A stretch of DNA of 64,000 bases from Eledone cirrhosa (GCA_964016885.1 OZ024746.1:88040001-88104000); one strand, 5' to 3'. Positions 12,150 to 25,722 are shown, counted from the stretch's first letter. Numbers and translations are program-made. Notes: generated by a model not told the origin, from the letters alone.

Positions 12150-13049
12150 TAGTCAGTTCTTAGATATCCCAGCTCTGTGTTTATAGTGTTGATGGTATCA
12201 GAGCCTTTGGACATATGAGCTTATTAGGAATAACTTAATGGTGTCAGCAGGAATAGTCTTGATTCTCATTGGTCAGTTTGTAGATGGTTGTAGGGTTGGT
12301 ATTTGACTTCAAAGAGGCAAGTGGATTTGTAAAGTTCAAACCGTCAGGCCAGATGACCATAGTTCTATTTGACTGATTTTCACAAAAGGCATTCCTGGTC
12401 AGATAATATATTCCATTAAGATTAATAGTATGAACAGATACTACAGGTCATTCTTAAATTTAGGAATTTATGTGGAGTGGTGCTACTAAGATTTATGGTT
12501 GGAGTAGAACATTTACAAATAAAAAGACTTATGTAGGTTGGCTTGAACTACACTCACACCCACCTCCACAGACACACACACACACATCCACACATACAAA
12601 ATGTTTTATGGTAATACTTAATATAATGGTTAGAGTCCAATACTTAGATAGTTTAGAAAATTTAGAAATAAAAGTTTTATGCTGGTTGACTTGAACATAC
12701 ACTCACACCTACCACCCCAGACACTCACACATCTACACATACAAATCCATACAGGTTTTCATACATATACACGTATGCATGTATGTACGTACAAGAATAC
12801 ATATATATATATAAAATATATACATATAAAAATATGAAAAATATATATATACATAAAATACACACGTACATAAAATATATACACACATAAATCATACATA
12901 CATATATATATATATAGAATACACACACACATATACATATACATATAAAATATATACATATATATACATACATATATATAAAGTACACATATATACACAT
13001 ATAAAATATACATAAATATACACATGATACATACATACATATATATATA

Positions 13050-15243
13050 AAATCAGGTTCAATAAAACCATCGGGTTCAATAAAACCATCGGGACCAGAA
13101 ACTATGGGTGTTGTCCAATGGCCATTGGTACGGTGTGTAGGAGACCTACAAGGGCTTTGTGGGAAGCCGTAACCGGGGTTTATCCATATAGCTTGAGGGA
13201 AGTTCCCGTCCTTAGGTGTCTGCAGGCACCGATTAAGTCGGCCCTTCTGTTTAATAGCTTGGTTCCGCCATGAAGAATCTCGAGTGTCTCACTAAGACAG
13301 AGGTTGCAAATACCAGACGCGCCTCTGTCTGGGGGAACCTTTCTAACCACGGACCAGACCAGACTGTGCGGGGTATTTTCAAGTTTCAGCTTCCAGATCA
13401 ATTCAGAAAGGGCCGTACATTTCCTCTTATCTATTCTGTTAAAGGAATGGCGATGGTTATACCACCGATCTTTGAAGCTCGTCGCTGTGGATCCTATGTA
13501 GTGGTGCTCCGAGTTAGGGGTTGTGACTTTGCACCTGTAGACCATCTTTTTCGTCATGCATTCATTACTAAGGGGGCATAGTGATGGGTCCCTGCAATTA
13601 CATGACTTCTTAAGCCCCACCACAAGTACTGCTTGGTTACCATCACTCGGGGTTGGCTGGGTAGCCGCCTTAATCAGCACAGGGTCGTTGGGTTACGGTG
13701 TTCTACTTGGGCCTGTCCGGGTTCCGTTGCGTCCCACGTGCTGGTTCTTTTGGGTGGTTCCGGGGTTTACGGTGGTATTAGAGGCAGTGAGCCTATTCCT
13801 ATTTATGCCAGCTATGTGCTGGTCTACGGAGCGTGTGGTTGAGTAGGAAAGTTTCACCGTGTGCCTGTTGAATATGTTATGGTACTTGTGTCCCTAGGGA
13901 AACATTTATCCAGTACTCTAAAGAATGTTCTAGCCAGGCTGGTACGTAGACCCAGCGAGTACGGAGGGTTATACCATGTGAACTTCCTGGTCCTATTCTT
14001 GCGGGGTTGTTTGGTGTCCGCCGTGGGCCATCGCGTCGGTGTGCACAGCTCAGGTCGAGCCCGGTTGGTATCACTCGGGTGTGAGGAGCGGTCACTATCA
14101 TGAGGGTTATATGGGCCCACCGTGGGGCTATAAATCTATTAGGTTTCAGCGGGTGGTGGGCCGGTGCAGGGGTGCCTATGACCCGCAGCACAGTTGTCTT
14201 CAGTGTTGTAGGTATTAGACTGGTGGGGTATGCGGGACCTTCTACCGGGGGTGGTGACGGTCTGAGAGTGTTACTACTGGTCACCGAGGTATTAGGTGGG
14301 CGACTCATGCCCCTGATGGTATTGGACCGGGGTACCCTTGGGTCATCTCGATCATGTCCCTTAGGGTTATAGCTGATACTATCGCTGTGGGACGCCTTAG
14401 CTAGCGCTGAGTTATAGTAATCAACGTCACTATAGAAGATCTCTTTGTTGGCCGACAAGTTAGAGATCCTGTCAGAGACATTCTTAACTACGGCCTTAAC
14501 TATAGATCTAGGGTGATTAGACCCAGCGTTGATATACACAAGCTTCTCATTGGGGTTATGATATGGGTGGTGTAGCTTGGTCTTGAGGTTGAGGGTGGTG
14601 TCCAGGAAATTCACTACTTTTCTATTGGATTCCATCTTTACCTTAAGTCCTACCTTGCTGGAGAAGTGCCTAATTCTCCTCTTCATATTGTCGTCCATTG
14701 TGGTGCTGTGGTCCACTACGGTGAAGAGTGCCTCGTCTCGGTACAGCCCGACACCCAGTTTGGGTATTTCTCTCCTGATCTCATAGAGTATGTAAACCCC
14801 AACCAAGTCCGTTAGCTGCGCGGAGTCACTGGTGCCCATTGTAATGTCAAAATGATTTGGCCAGTCACATCGGGTCCATATGTCCCCACCGAATCGGATC
14901 AGGGTCTTTCTAGCGGCGTGTATTATACGGACATCGTCGCGTGTTAGGTCTTTCCTATTCATCGCGGATATGATAGCCTTCTTCAGGACTATGGGCGAGA
15001 TAGAGGAGTAGTAATTGATGATGTCTAGTTGTATGAAGCTAGTCCTATGTTTTTCAGGTAAAAATGTAAATCAGTCCAGCACCTGCCTGGTGCAGGACCA
15101 GAGTTGTAACCTTATTTTACTGTGGGCCGGATCCTATCTAAAATGCTTTTGCTAATAACCCCCATGTCTGACCGGGAGGGGGCTATCAGTATGACCGGCA
15201 GGTTAGAAACGAAGTTTAGTTTGTGGTCCTTAATGGTAATCCT
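13050..15243 (-). mobile_element. 5'-truncated Penelope-like element, probably Nematis-like (YRDD-type RT, CNC...CPL...C linker, GIY-YIG); frameshifted
   Basis: ITIKDHK, QLDIINYYSSIS, FDITMGTSDSAQLTDLVGVYIL, GLYRDEAL (catalytic D to E), VNFLD, SNHP, TWYNPPYS, CNCRDPSLCPLSNEC...VYRC...YIGST..SFKDRWYNH...CNLCLSE. The clade assignment is from motif memory. Confidence 0.9.
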
Positions 15244-15403
15244 ATGGTAATATATATATGTACATACTTATATATATATATGGTAATATATATATATTTA
15301 TATATTTATAAAACCATATATATATGGTAATATATATATTTATATATTTATAAAACCCTATATATATGGTAATATATATATACATACATATATATATATA
15401 TAC

Positions 15404-15443
<40 letters not shown>

Positions 15444-15444
<1 letters not shown>

Positions 15445-15898
15445 CGATATTAAATAAATGGAAACTATATTTATAAAACCATATTTATTTCATTATATAT
15501 ATTTCAGGGATATCATATTAACAATATGCTATGCCTTCCTCAGACAAAATACAATATAGACAGTTTTATAGATAAATAGATTTGACATACCGTTCACCAT
15601 CGACTTGTATTTGAAAAGTTGATTTGGCAAATCAACTTTTCAAATACAAGTCGATGTTGAACGGTATGTCAAATCTATTTATCTATAAAACTGTCTATAT
15701 TGTATTTTGTCTGAGGAAGGCATAGCATATTGTTAATATGATATCCCTGAAATATATATAATGAAATAAATATGGTTTTATAAATATAGTTTCCATTTAT
15801 TTAATATCGTAAATATACTCCAAATACTTGTCGAGTGCTTTTATATCAGTTATAAATATTTACTAGTTGTAACCCAACAATTTAAATATAACTTTCCA
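15444..15898. mobile_element. Near-perfect spacerless palindrome (arms about 15444-15626 and 15628-15811) plus tail, HHR-bearing, in (TA)n
   Basis: The centre is TTGATTTG.G.CAAATCAA. Each arm has an HHR (15486-15551 minus, 15703-15768 plus). The tail carries ACTCC...GTCGAGTGCT. Confidence 0.9.
15703..15768 (+). ncRNA. Type I hammerhead ribozyme motif
   Basis: TATTTTGT-CTGAGGA-AGGCATAGCATATT...AATATGATATCCCT-GAAA-TATATA-TA-ATGAAATA. Confidence 0.8.
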
Positions 15899-16015
15899 TA
15901 TATATATATATTTTTTTTTTTCTAGCGATCGACTTTCGTCAAATCGGACCGAGGAAACAATGTTTCCGTTGGTATTTCCAATTGCTAATACTATCTATCG
16001 GTTGCAACTCCAGGT

Positions 16016-16070
16016 AGAAGGAGCAACGTGAAATAAAGTGTATTGCTCAAGGACATAACGCAAGACACTT
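16016..16070 (-). mobile_element. SINE central-domain fragment (second SINE family)
   Basis: Reverse complement GCGTTATGTCCTTGAGCAATACACTTTATTTCACGTTGCTCC is a GTGTCCTTGAGCAAGACACTT-type SINE core. Confidence 0.6.
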
Positions 16071-16084
16071 TATATATATATATA

Positions 16085-16790
16085 TATCAAGATAAGTAGA
16101 ACAAGTAAAATTCAACCAATTTTTCAAAATAAATCAAATTAATTTAAAATTAAAATTAATCAAAATTAAAAAAATATAATATAAATATTTACCTATTCAA
16201 ATGGCCCTTACTGTACAGTTTCACATTGCAAAACATTAGATATCTCATGGATATTAATGGAAAAACAAAGATCATCAGAGAAGCATTTCTTAGACATATT
16301 AACTTTATTGATTAAACTCCGTTATGTAGAGAACAAATCTGTCGTTCTATCTAGCTGCTATTTTTTTAGTGGCGACTATAGACAACAAGTCTGTGATGTC
16401 CCGCCTTCACTTCACACCAGCGTACATACGGGTCACTTTTACGACCTTTCAGACCTGTGTCAGCTGAGGACGAGGTCATATATTTTATCGTTCCTGAGGT
16501 TTTTAACCCTAGGAATGGAAAATGCTTCTCTGATGATCTTTGTTTTTCCATTAATATCCATGTGATATCTAATCTTTTGCAAAGTGAAGCTGTACAGTAA
16601 GGGCCATTTGAATAGGTAAATATTTATATTATATTTTTTAATTTTGATTAATTTTAATTTTAAATTAATTTTTATTTATTTTGAAAAATTGGTTGAATTT
16701 TACTTGTTCTGCTTATCTTGATATTAAGTTCTGGTATATCAAATTATTACCATAGAACCACCTTGAATCATAGATAACCTATGTATTTCT
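16085..16790. mobile_element. Fold-back element: arms about 16085-16288 and 16520-16723, spacer about 230 bp, tail; HHR motif in each arm
   Basis: The arms are reverse complements. Minus-arm HHR at 16200-16287: AATGCTTCT-CTGATGA-[long stem II]-GAAA-CTGTACAG-TA-AGGGCCATT. The plus copy has GAAG instead of GAAA. Confidence 0.8.
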
Positions 16791-16823
16791 GGGGGTACCT
16801 TGTCGCCTTAGACATATTAAATT

Positions 16824-16878
<55 letters not shown>

Positions 16879-17329
16879 ACATACATATACACACATATAT
16901 AAGAAAATACATAAATATTATATATACATAAAAATAAAAAAAGGTGAAAGGGGTAAATAAATAGTTGGGAATACGACAAATAATAAATAATTAAATTATT
17001 AGAAAAGGGTATACATGTTTATAGCTGATTTAGAGCACTCAAAAGATTCCTGGAGTAAATGATCTATGAAAATAAGTAATAAATCACTGTATGTAATTAT
17101 GCATATACATACACATACATATATACATATACATGTATATATATATTTATACACACACACACAACCATACAAATACACACATATATACATACATTTACAT
17201 ACATATACGTATATATATATACATATAGGAAAAGTATGAACCCGATGGCAGAGCTCAAGCCGTTTCTGAGGCTATTATATATAAACACACATAAAAAAAT
17301 TATATAAAAATACACCCACACAAATCTAA

Positions 17330-17388
<59 letters not shown>

Positions 17389-17482
17389 AATACAACAGAA
17401 GCATATAAAATACAATTATATAGACACATACATATACATACAGATTTATATAAACATATATACACATACATATACATACATA

Positions 17483-17542
<60 letters not shown>

Positions 17543-17906
17543 TACACATATACGCAACACAAACACACACACACACACACAGAAATAAATATCTAAAAAT
17601 AAAAACGTGGGTATGTAAAGGGTAAGGTAGAAAGTAGGGAGGAAAATAAGGAAACTAAATGACATAGGAAAAGGTTTAAATATAAGGGGAGATAAAGGAG
17701 AAAAAAGAATATAAGAGTACAGAAAATGAGTACAGAAGGTTATAAAATCGTATTGGATATAAAACGTAGAGAGCAGAGATATATATTTATTAAAATAACA
17801 GATTAAAGTTTAAGCAAAGAATCGCTGCTATCACCCTTAACAGAATCTTTTCAAACTCCCGTTAAGTGTGATACCAGCGATTCATTGATAGCAATTAATC
17901 TGTTAT

Positions 17907-17943
<37 letters not shown>

Positions 17944-18219
17944 AAGCCGACCCTGTTATTCTTTCACTATTATTACTCCAAGTACAACCTGCATAGTAAT
18001 ACTCGCGAACTCGCTACCTATTGAAACATCTGGTTGAGTCAAACAAAACCGTACGTTAAAACTATCCTCAATACAGAGTACTCCCAACCTTAAACTGGTT
18101 TACCTTCAATGATAACTTGTTATCCCTATAATGACGCATTTAATACATTTTAGATCAGATATAAATATTTGTAGATCTTGATTCTCATTCTAATACTGAA
18201 GACAACATATATATATATA

Positions 18220-18528
18220 TCATCTTCTACTACAACGTAATATAATATCTGTATACATCAATTACAACGGTACGCGATAGTGCCCACCCACAGCCCCGGC
18301 GGACAGAATGGAGAAGGCGTTTCCCCCAAGGGACGGCAAGTGAGACGCGCTGGAAAAGCCACTCCAATTCGCGGGGCTCACATCTGCGGCTGGCCAGATA
18401 AGCACCTATGGTGGTGAGGAAGCAGGTAACTCTGGGACCGAGCACACTAGAAGTTTCAACTGCCACTGGGTACGACCCCAAACCTTCCGGAAAGCGACCG
18501 GTATTTGAGGAGTGTGGTCCCCTCAGCC
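18220..18528 (-). mobile_element. 3'-terminal fragment of a CRE-like (RLE) non-LTR retrotransposon, flanked by (TA)n
   Basis: AEG(T/P)...KY and YPVAVETSSVLGP..TCFLTTIG..L......E.EWLFQRVSLAV.WG match the CRE-type RLE C-terminus (AE..K..KY; PVAVET.G..G; L.QRLS.A.QRGN). Confidence 0.75.
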
Positions 18529-18543
18529 ATATATATATATATA

Positions 18544-18625
18544 GGGCTGAGGGGACCAAACTCCTCAAATACCGGTCGCTTTCCGGAATGTTAGGACCGG
18601 TATTTGAGGAGTTTGGACCCCGCAG

Positions 18626-18628
<3 letters not shown>
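18544..18628. repeat. Hairpin made of two inverted copies of the CRE-fragment end, flanked by (TA)n
   Basis: GGGCTGAGGGGACCAAACTCCTCAAATACCGGTC ... GACCGGTATTTGAGGAGTTTGGACCCCGCAGCCC. Confidence 0.85.
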
Positions 18629-18700
<72 letters not shown>

Positions 18701-18745
18701 GAGAGTAAAACAAAGAATCATTTAATACATCAAAAGTCTTTGTTA

Positions 18746-18783
18746 GCCGACAATGTTTCGTCCTATTAAGGACTCATCAGGGC
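18746..18783 (-). ncRNA. Minimal canonical type I hammerhead ribozyme motif (GUC site)
   Basis: Reverse complement: GCC-CTGATGA-GTCC.TTAATA.GGAC-GAAA-C.ATT.G-TC-GGC. Confidence 0.9.
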
Positions 18784-18984
18784 AATCAAAACAACAAGAG
18801 GTAATTTCGGCAGATACAAGCCAGAAACTCTGAAGGATATGGAGTTTACATACACTAATGTCTTACAAAAATATACGATAATAAAAATGAAGATAAAAAT
18901 AATAAAATTATAATAACTAAGGATGTAGATAACATTAAGAACCATATTACAATATTTGACTCAAACACGCTCCAGTATTCTATT

Positions 18985-19029
<45 letters not shown>

Positions 19030-19032
<3 letters not shown>

Positions 19033-19156
19033 CTGAGGGGACCAAACTCCTCAAATACCGGTCGCTTTCCGGAAGGTTTGGGGTCGTACCCAGTGGCAGT
19101 TGAGACTTCTAGTGTGCTCGGTCCCAGAGTTACCTGCTTCCTCACCACCATAGGCG

Positions 19157-19160
<4 letters not shown>
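19030..19160 (+). mobile_element. Further copy of the CRE-like fragment (inverted relative to 18397-18528)
   Basis: Direct reverse-complement match, with the same GGGCTGAGGGG junction to (TA)n. Confidence 0.8.
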
Positions 19161-19211
<51 letters not shown>

Positions 19212-19213
<2 letters not shown>

Positions 19214-19420
19214 CGAAGGAAATGTGGTAAGGAACCAGGTGGACCATAACGCACCAATGTACTCAATACTTAGGGTAGTAGAGTGGGTAATAGGAACGAG
19301 TAGTACCCCGACGGCTGAGCTGAACCCGTTTCGACGGCTAAGTCTGAATTAAATGAACATTTTTATCCCGGTAAATGAATAGCCGATCTTCTCAGGGGGT
19401 AATATTCCATATATAGTAAA
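19212..19420 (-). mobile_element. HHR-bearing short element (family shared with 27718-27918 and probably 63180-63368)
   Basis: Reverse complement of 19305-19400: ACCCC-CTGAGAA(G8>A)-GATCGGCTA...TAGCCGTC-GAAA-CGG...CCG-TC-GGGGT. The tail TTACCCACT...AAGTATTGAGTAC matches 27841-27918. Confidence 0.7.
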
Positions 19421-20077
19421 AGTGATTGTCACAACGATTGGTCAACAGTTTGTTGTTGAGATATATAATTCTATCATGGCATTTTGTGGGAGGAAGGGGT
19501 AGCTGAACTTGCCAGTAGCAGAAAGAGGGAGAGGGAGTGGAGGAAACCCAATCGTGCGTTGAAAGTGACGACTACAGCAGAATCCTAAGAATAAGACGTC
19601 AATGGGGGGGGGGGGTCGAAACAATAAGTAGATCGATATGGAGTAAATCTATATAGAAAAATAAGAATGTTGAAAATATAAAAATACACAATTTCTGGTT
19701 ACTATTTCCCTACCGCAATCATCAAATCTCTCACTAGAGTATAGAAAAGTTTAATAGGTGGGGCGGGATACTAAATATGAGATTGTCGTGAAAGAATTGT
19801 ATGAGTTAGTAGTGCTCGGCCTAATCTATCTTACAATGACAGGTCAACAAGTAGGGGGCCAAAATACTAAAAAAACGTAATACGAAATAATAATTCAGAG
19901 TCCCGAAACTAATACGAAATATTTATTCAGATCCCGAAAATGAATAGTAATACGATATATAAGGGTGCCGCTACAATACATAAATTCTAATGCAAACTAC
20001 ATAAATGCTCGCACGATAAGAAAACATTAATACGAAAAATTAATTCAGGATCCACGCCACCCCCCTGATTTATGTAG

Positions 20078-20129
<52 letters not shown>

Positions 20130-20132
<3 letters not shown>

Positions 20133-20740
20133 GGTGGCTGCCAACTCGCTTTCGAGTACCGCCACTACTTTATATCCATGTAGGAGAACCCCTACCGATG
20201 CGCTGAACGAGTGTGACTTTTTAGTCCAGCCAGCGACTTGAAAACTCTGGTACAAACACTACACTTGTGACAATTATTGACACATAGTGCTTTACCTCTG
20301 GTACCATGTGACGACAAGTGCAGAGAGATCTCCAGATACAAAGCAATGCCTGTGCCGTGAAGCTTTTATAGTGAGCAAAGGCACTGCACAAAGCCAGTCC
20401 CACTCCCTTAACCAAGATGATATTTACCAAAAAGAAGAACAAGTCAACATCATTGAATACCATCAGGATTGCAGGTGTTATATCAGAGTTTTCCTTCTCC
20501 TAGAATTCTGCCTTGACAAAGGCTAAGGTGTCATCTTTCCCAGTGATTTTGGATGGCCATTGACTCTTAAGAGCTCCTTTGCCCTTTGACAGGTTTTGTT
20601 TTTAGTCCTGCAGGATGTCCAAAGTCACCCTCCTCACCAAGAAACCTTGGTGGGGTTGCCAGTTTAGTCGCCAACGACCCGACCATGAGACAGGTTGTAC
20701 TGGGATACATGTTACCAGTAGCACCAAGTGGTGACCTGAC
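20130..20740 (-). mobile_element. Unclassified GC-richer repeat fragment(s), possibly derived from an RTE-like LINE UTR
   Basis: Non-coding and bounded by (TA)n. GTCGTTGGCGACTAAACTGGCAACCCC resembles invertebrate LINE 5' leader motifs, from memory only. Confidence 0.3.
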
Positions 20741-20776
20741 ATATATATATATATATATATAGCATAATATATATAT

Positions 20777-21226
<450 letters not shown>

Positions 21227-21417
21227 GATAAATCTACCAAAAGTTTACGGTAGTGTCCAATCCGTATGAAGAACTCAATGTAATCCGGATATCATGAAAA
21301 GAAGAGATGCATTCAAAAACCACTTTCGGTGAAAGATAAACGGAAAACAGAGTCAAGATAAATTATTAAAAAAATAAAATGAAGAAACAGTTTCTTATAT
21401 TAAACAAAAAAAGTTCA

Positions 21418-21552
21418 TTATTTTACGAGCGTTTCTAGGACATATATGTGTTAGAATTGGTATTCATATTCAAAAGATCTATGTACAAAATTATACAAAC
21501 TATCAGAGGGAATATACATACCTTCACATATATATGCTGTCTTCAGAAAAAA
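21418..21552 (-). ncRNA. Type I hammerhead motif with long stem II
   Basis: Reverse complement: TTT-CTGAAGA-CAGCATATATATGTG...CACATATATGTCCTA-GAAA-CGCTCG-TA-AAA. Stem I is weak and 10.1/11.1 is C·A. Confidence 0.6.
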
Positions 21553-21561
21553 AAATATATA

Positions 21562-21593
<32 letters not shown>

Positions 21594-22217
21594 GTGTATA
21601 TATTTATATATATATATATACTATAATGTATGTCCATAGAGTCATTTGATAATATATACACACCATTTCAACTCCCAATTAGCATAATCAACCACATAAA
21701 AAAACAATTAAACCAGACTATACGATTAAAAGGCACCTATGAAGAAATAATACATAAATAAACGACAGCCATCTATTCGCTATCAACAGCTATAGAATAT
21801 TTACCCAACATTTCAATAGCACGTGGAAATTGCTTAAATATACCGTCAACCATACACAATTAGGTATAACATTAAAGTTAGAAGAAAAAATGCATATACA
21901 CATACCAGCATTACGTTTCTACCCTTTATGGCTTCGTTCACTTTCTGAAATATCCTATCAAGTATACATTCTCGAGCTTCGAACTATTCAGGAAACAAAC
22001 TCACTTGGACAAAGATTTTTCTTAAATGATCCCCGCCATAAACGAATTCAAAATGACTAAGAACTGTGACGTGGCAGTTGTCAAGTCAGAAAGAATGTGA
22101 TTGGTGCCTTACGGCGAGTGGGCTGCTTGCAAGAAAGCGCAGCCCAATATTGCCTAAATTGCATCTCAACCTTATGGGAGATTCTCAAATATAAAGATTT
22201 ACATATACACAAACTAG

Positions 22218-22275
<58 letters not shown>

Positions 22276-25200
22276 TATGTATGTGTGTGTATATAGATGT
22301 ATATTAATGCATATTCTATGCATTGATTTATGCGTATAGTAAATGCGTGTCTGTGCTCGTGTCTCTGTGGTCGTGTGTCTGTGTTTCGAAGCATGTATTA
22401 TATACACCATTTTTTCATTTAACTCGTTCTGTTTTTCTCTCCAACTAACTTTACTATCTTTTGCTCTCACATACACTTTCTCTCTGTCCAATATTTCGTG
22501 TTCTTATTTTTTATTTCATTTTTACTTTAGTAGACATGTATTCCAAAACACAAAATACAACTTAAATATGCAGTATATTTACAAAAGAAATGATATTTAA
22601 AACTGCGACTCTTAAAGATAAGCGAGTGTATCAAAGATCATTGAATCGTTTTATTATCTTTTCTTTTCACAATGTAGAAAGATAAAAATAGAAAAATGTA
22701 AATAGAAATTGAAACTGGAAAGATAAATAATTAATACATATCGTCTTTGAAAATATTATACATTTGAGATAAGTAACCGAAATAATATAATGATGGCTCA
22801 TTGCGTTGTCAAAAACGTTTTTGCCTTGTAAATAACAATAACAACAAAGAATACTAGATATAATAGGGGAAACAGCAACAAAGATTCAGACGGAAACAGG
22901 AAACGATAATAATAAGATAGGAAACGGAAGGATTGTAATGACTATCTTGATAGTTGTGGTTGAAGATTGTGATGATGATATTACTGATGATAATGATGAT
23001 GATGATAATGGTGACGACCAACAACACATCTATGAACATGGAATGTGTTACTTCTGATGATGTTGGCGACGATGGTTGTAGGAACAGGAGAAGAAGGGGG
23101 ATAAGAAGTTTATGAATACATATAAGGACAAGGATTTAAAGACAAATTGATTAACCCTCGTTAATGTTTAATGTATAGCATTATAAATAGACAGAGAATA
23201 CCCAAATCACAGATCTATCACGTTTTGCATTTATGGAAAGTAGAACATTCTAACTACTGCTGAATTGACACAAGGTTAAAGGTATAGAAAAAAGAAAGCC
23301 CGTCTTTACTTTGAATGTATTTATGTTTCATATCCTGTCTTATTTTAGTTAGTTTCAATTCCGTCTTTTTTGTGTATGTGGTACCGTATATGTTCCCGAT
23401 CATTATGCTTTTTTTCTCTTTTACACATTTGTGGTGTTTCTGATGACACGTCGAGAAATGTTGTTACAATAAAATGCAATCATCGCCACTTCCTTCGAAC
23501 AACCTTCGCACAACAACAATTTCTAGTGATCTAGTCTCCTCATTACATTATTTGTAAAAAGCACGTAGGCATGAAGAAGACAATATTAATGGAAGGAGGT
23601 GAAAGTACGAATTTCTTTAAGTATTAAGAGGCTGAGATGCAATGCCGTCATTTTCGTCACATTTGTTTCGCGAAATAAAGAAGAAAAAGAGAAAAAAATG
23701 TAAATGGAATTACGATTATGCAAACATTACTAATTTGGAGACCGGTATATCACTTCTGCGCAACATCGATAATATGCCATATGCATAGCCGTGAAGGGCA
23801 CTCAGTTTGATTCATTTTATCAATACGGATTTGAATTCGCTATACTGGTATAAACGATTATATTTCATAAACATTGAGGTTTATATATCCTAGATAGAAT
23901 AAGAAATATTTTAATGGAATATTTCTTTAAGAATATATAAATAATATCATTAATTCATTCTTCCTATTTTTACATTCCTCACATATGAGATGCTGCATTC
24001 AATAGATATATCCTTTTTTTATTATTCCTCATTTGGAAATTGGGAAGTCGTATCTATGGCGGTTTTACCGAAGAAATACATTCTTTCATTTACCACTACG
24101 TATTAAAAGATTAATTCAAAATCTTGAATTCATGTATCAAATGGAAAATTGCTATCAAATATATATACGAACATTTGCAGATAAATGGAGTTGTATATTC
24201 ACATTTCGTGCTTTTGTAGAAACCTAGAATGATATTTTGTAACACTAGATATTAAAGCGATGGTTTTAGAAAAAAAGTATCTCTCAAGCTTAAATATGTT
24301 AGAAATATCGGAGATAGTCCCTCCGTTTTCATTTCAGAGTAAGATAATGCGTTGACCTGAAACATATTTCAACATTTCATAAAAGCGAATGGAATGGCCC
24401 GTTCTTGTAATTCAGGTAAATATATTTGTCTAACTGGTGTATTATTTAGTTTCAGATATCGTTTCCTTGTTAATCACGTAAACAGTATCTTCTATCCGGA
24501 ATAAGAATTAATATATTCCAATTCTTTCCAATAATGAATTGAAATAAAATAGTAAAATATAGTTAAATGGAAAAAATAAAATAAAATAAAATAAACAGAA
24601 AAAATAACTAACTATATTCTATTTCAATACTATTCTTCCTCTTAATAAATTCTGTAAGCTAGAGGACTTAGTAATTTACTTGACAGCAAGAATGTAAAAC
24701 ATATATCTAGGCATATGTATCTTAACAAAATGAAATATCAGGAGGTTTTAAGAAAATTTATCTTCAGGATTATACTGACTTCACTAATAATTACAAATCA
24801 GAGAACCTATAAAAAGTGTGTTTATGTTGTTGCAAATAGCTACTGAATCGATGGCACACGCATATTTTCGGACATACTCGAAAATTATACCTTATATATA
24901 TTTATGCACACACAGACACAGCTTTAAAGAAATAGAAAGAGCAAGAAAGCGAGAGGTATTTATAAATATATACATATATATACATATATATATATATATA
25001 AAATTATAAGTTTGAAAAACAGTCAGACAAAATCTATCCAATTATTTTCTTCCTTTGTCTGTAGAAATCAACTAGATAAATAATCATATAAACGGAACTA
25101 AGTTTAAAATGTAACTGTGAAGAAATAATAGAAACATGTTATAGACTTTCCTCTGCGAGGAACGGTCAGATAACATTTACGTACTCTTTCCTTTTAGTCC

Positions 25201-25585
25201 GTAGAATTTAATTAGACAAATAATCAATTAAACGGAGATATGTCAAAAATGTATGTTTGAAGAAAAAATGCTGATAAACTTTACCAAAATTCTTCTAGTT
25301 CCAACTATCGATAGTTTCGCTCGAACTTTGTGGATTTGTCTAATCGTAGTATTATCTATGAGGCTTCGTGCTTTTGAAGAGACTTCCTCCGTTAGGACTA
25401 AAGTTGCTAAAGTGATGGGCGCCAGTAACGAATTCAAAAGGGATGAAAAACATCACGTGGCTAGAGGTCAAAGTAGAAGAGTTGTAAATATTTCTATATT
25501 TCAAAAGCATACTCTCATATGTATTGTGTGCCTTACTTATGGTGGTTACCTCTGATTGAACCCGGGAAACACACAGACACACACA

Positions 25586-25644
<59 letters not shown>

Positions 25645-25647
25645 GTA

Positions 25648-25722
<75 letters not shown>

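Noticed and set aside
23430-23470. CTGATGA...GAAA
   Set aside because: Stems II and I do not pair.
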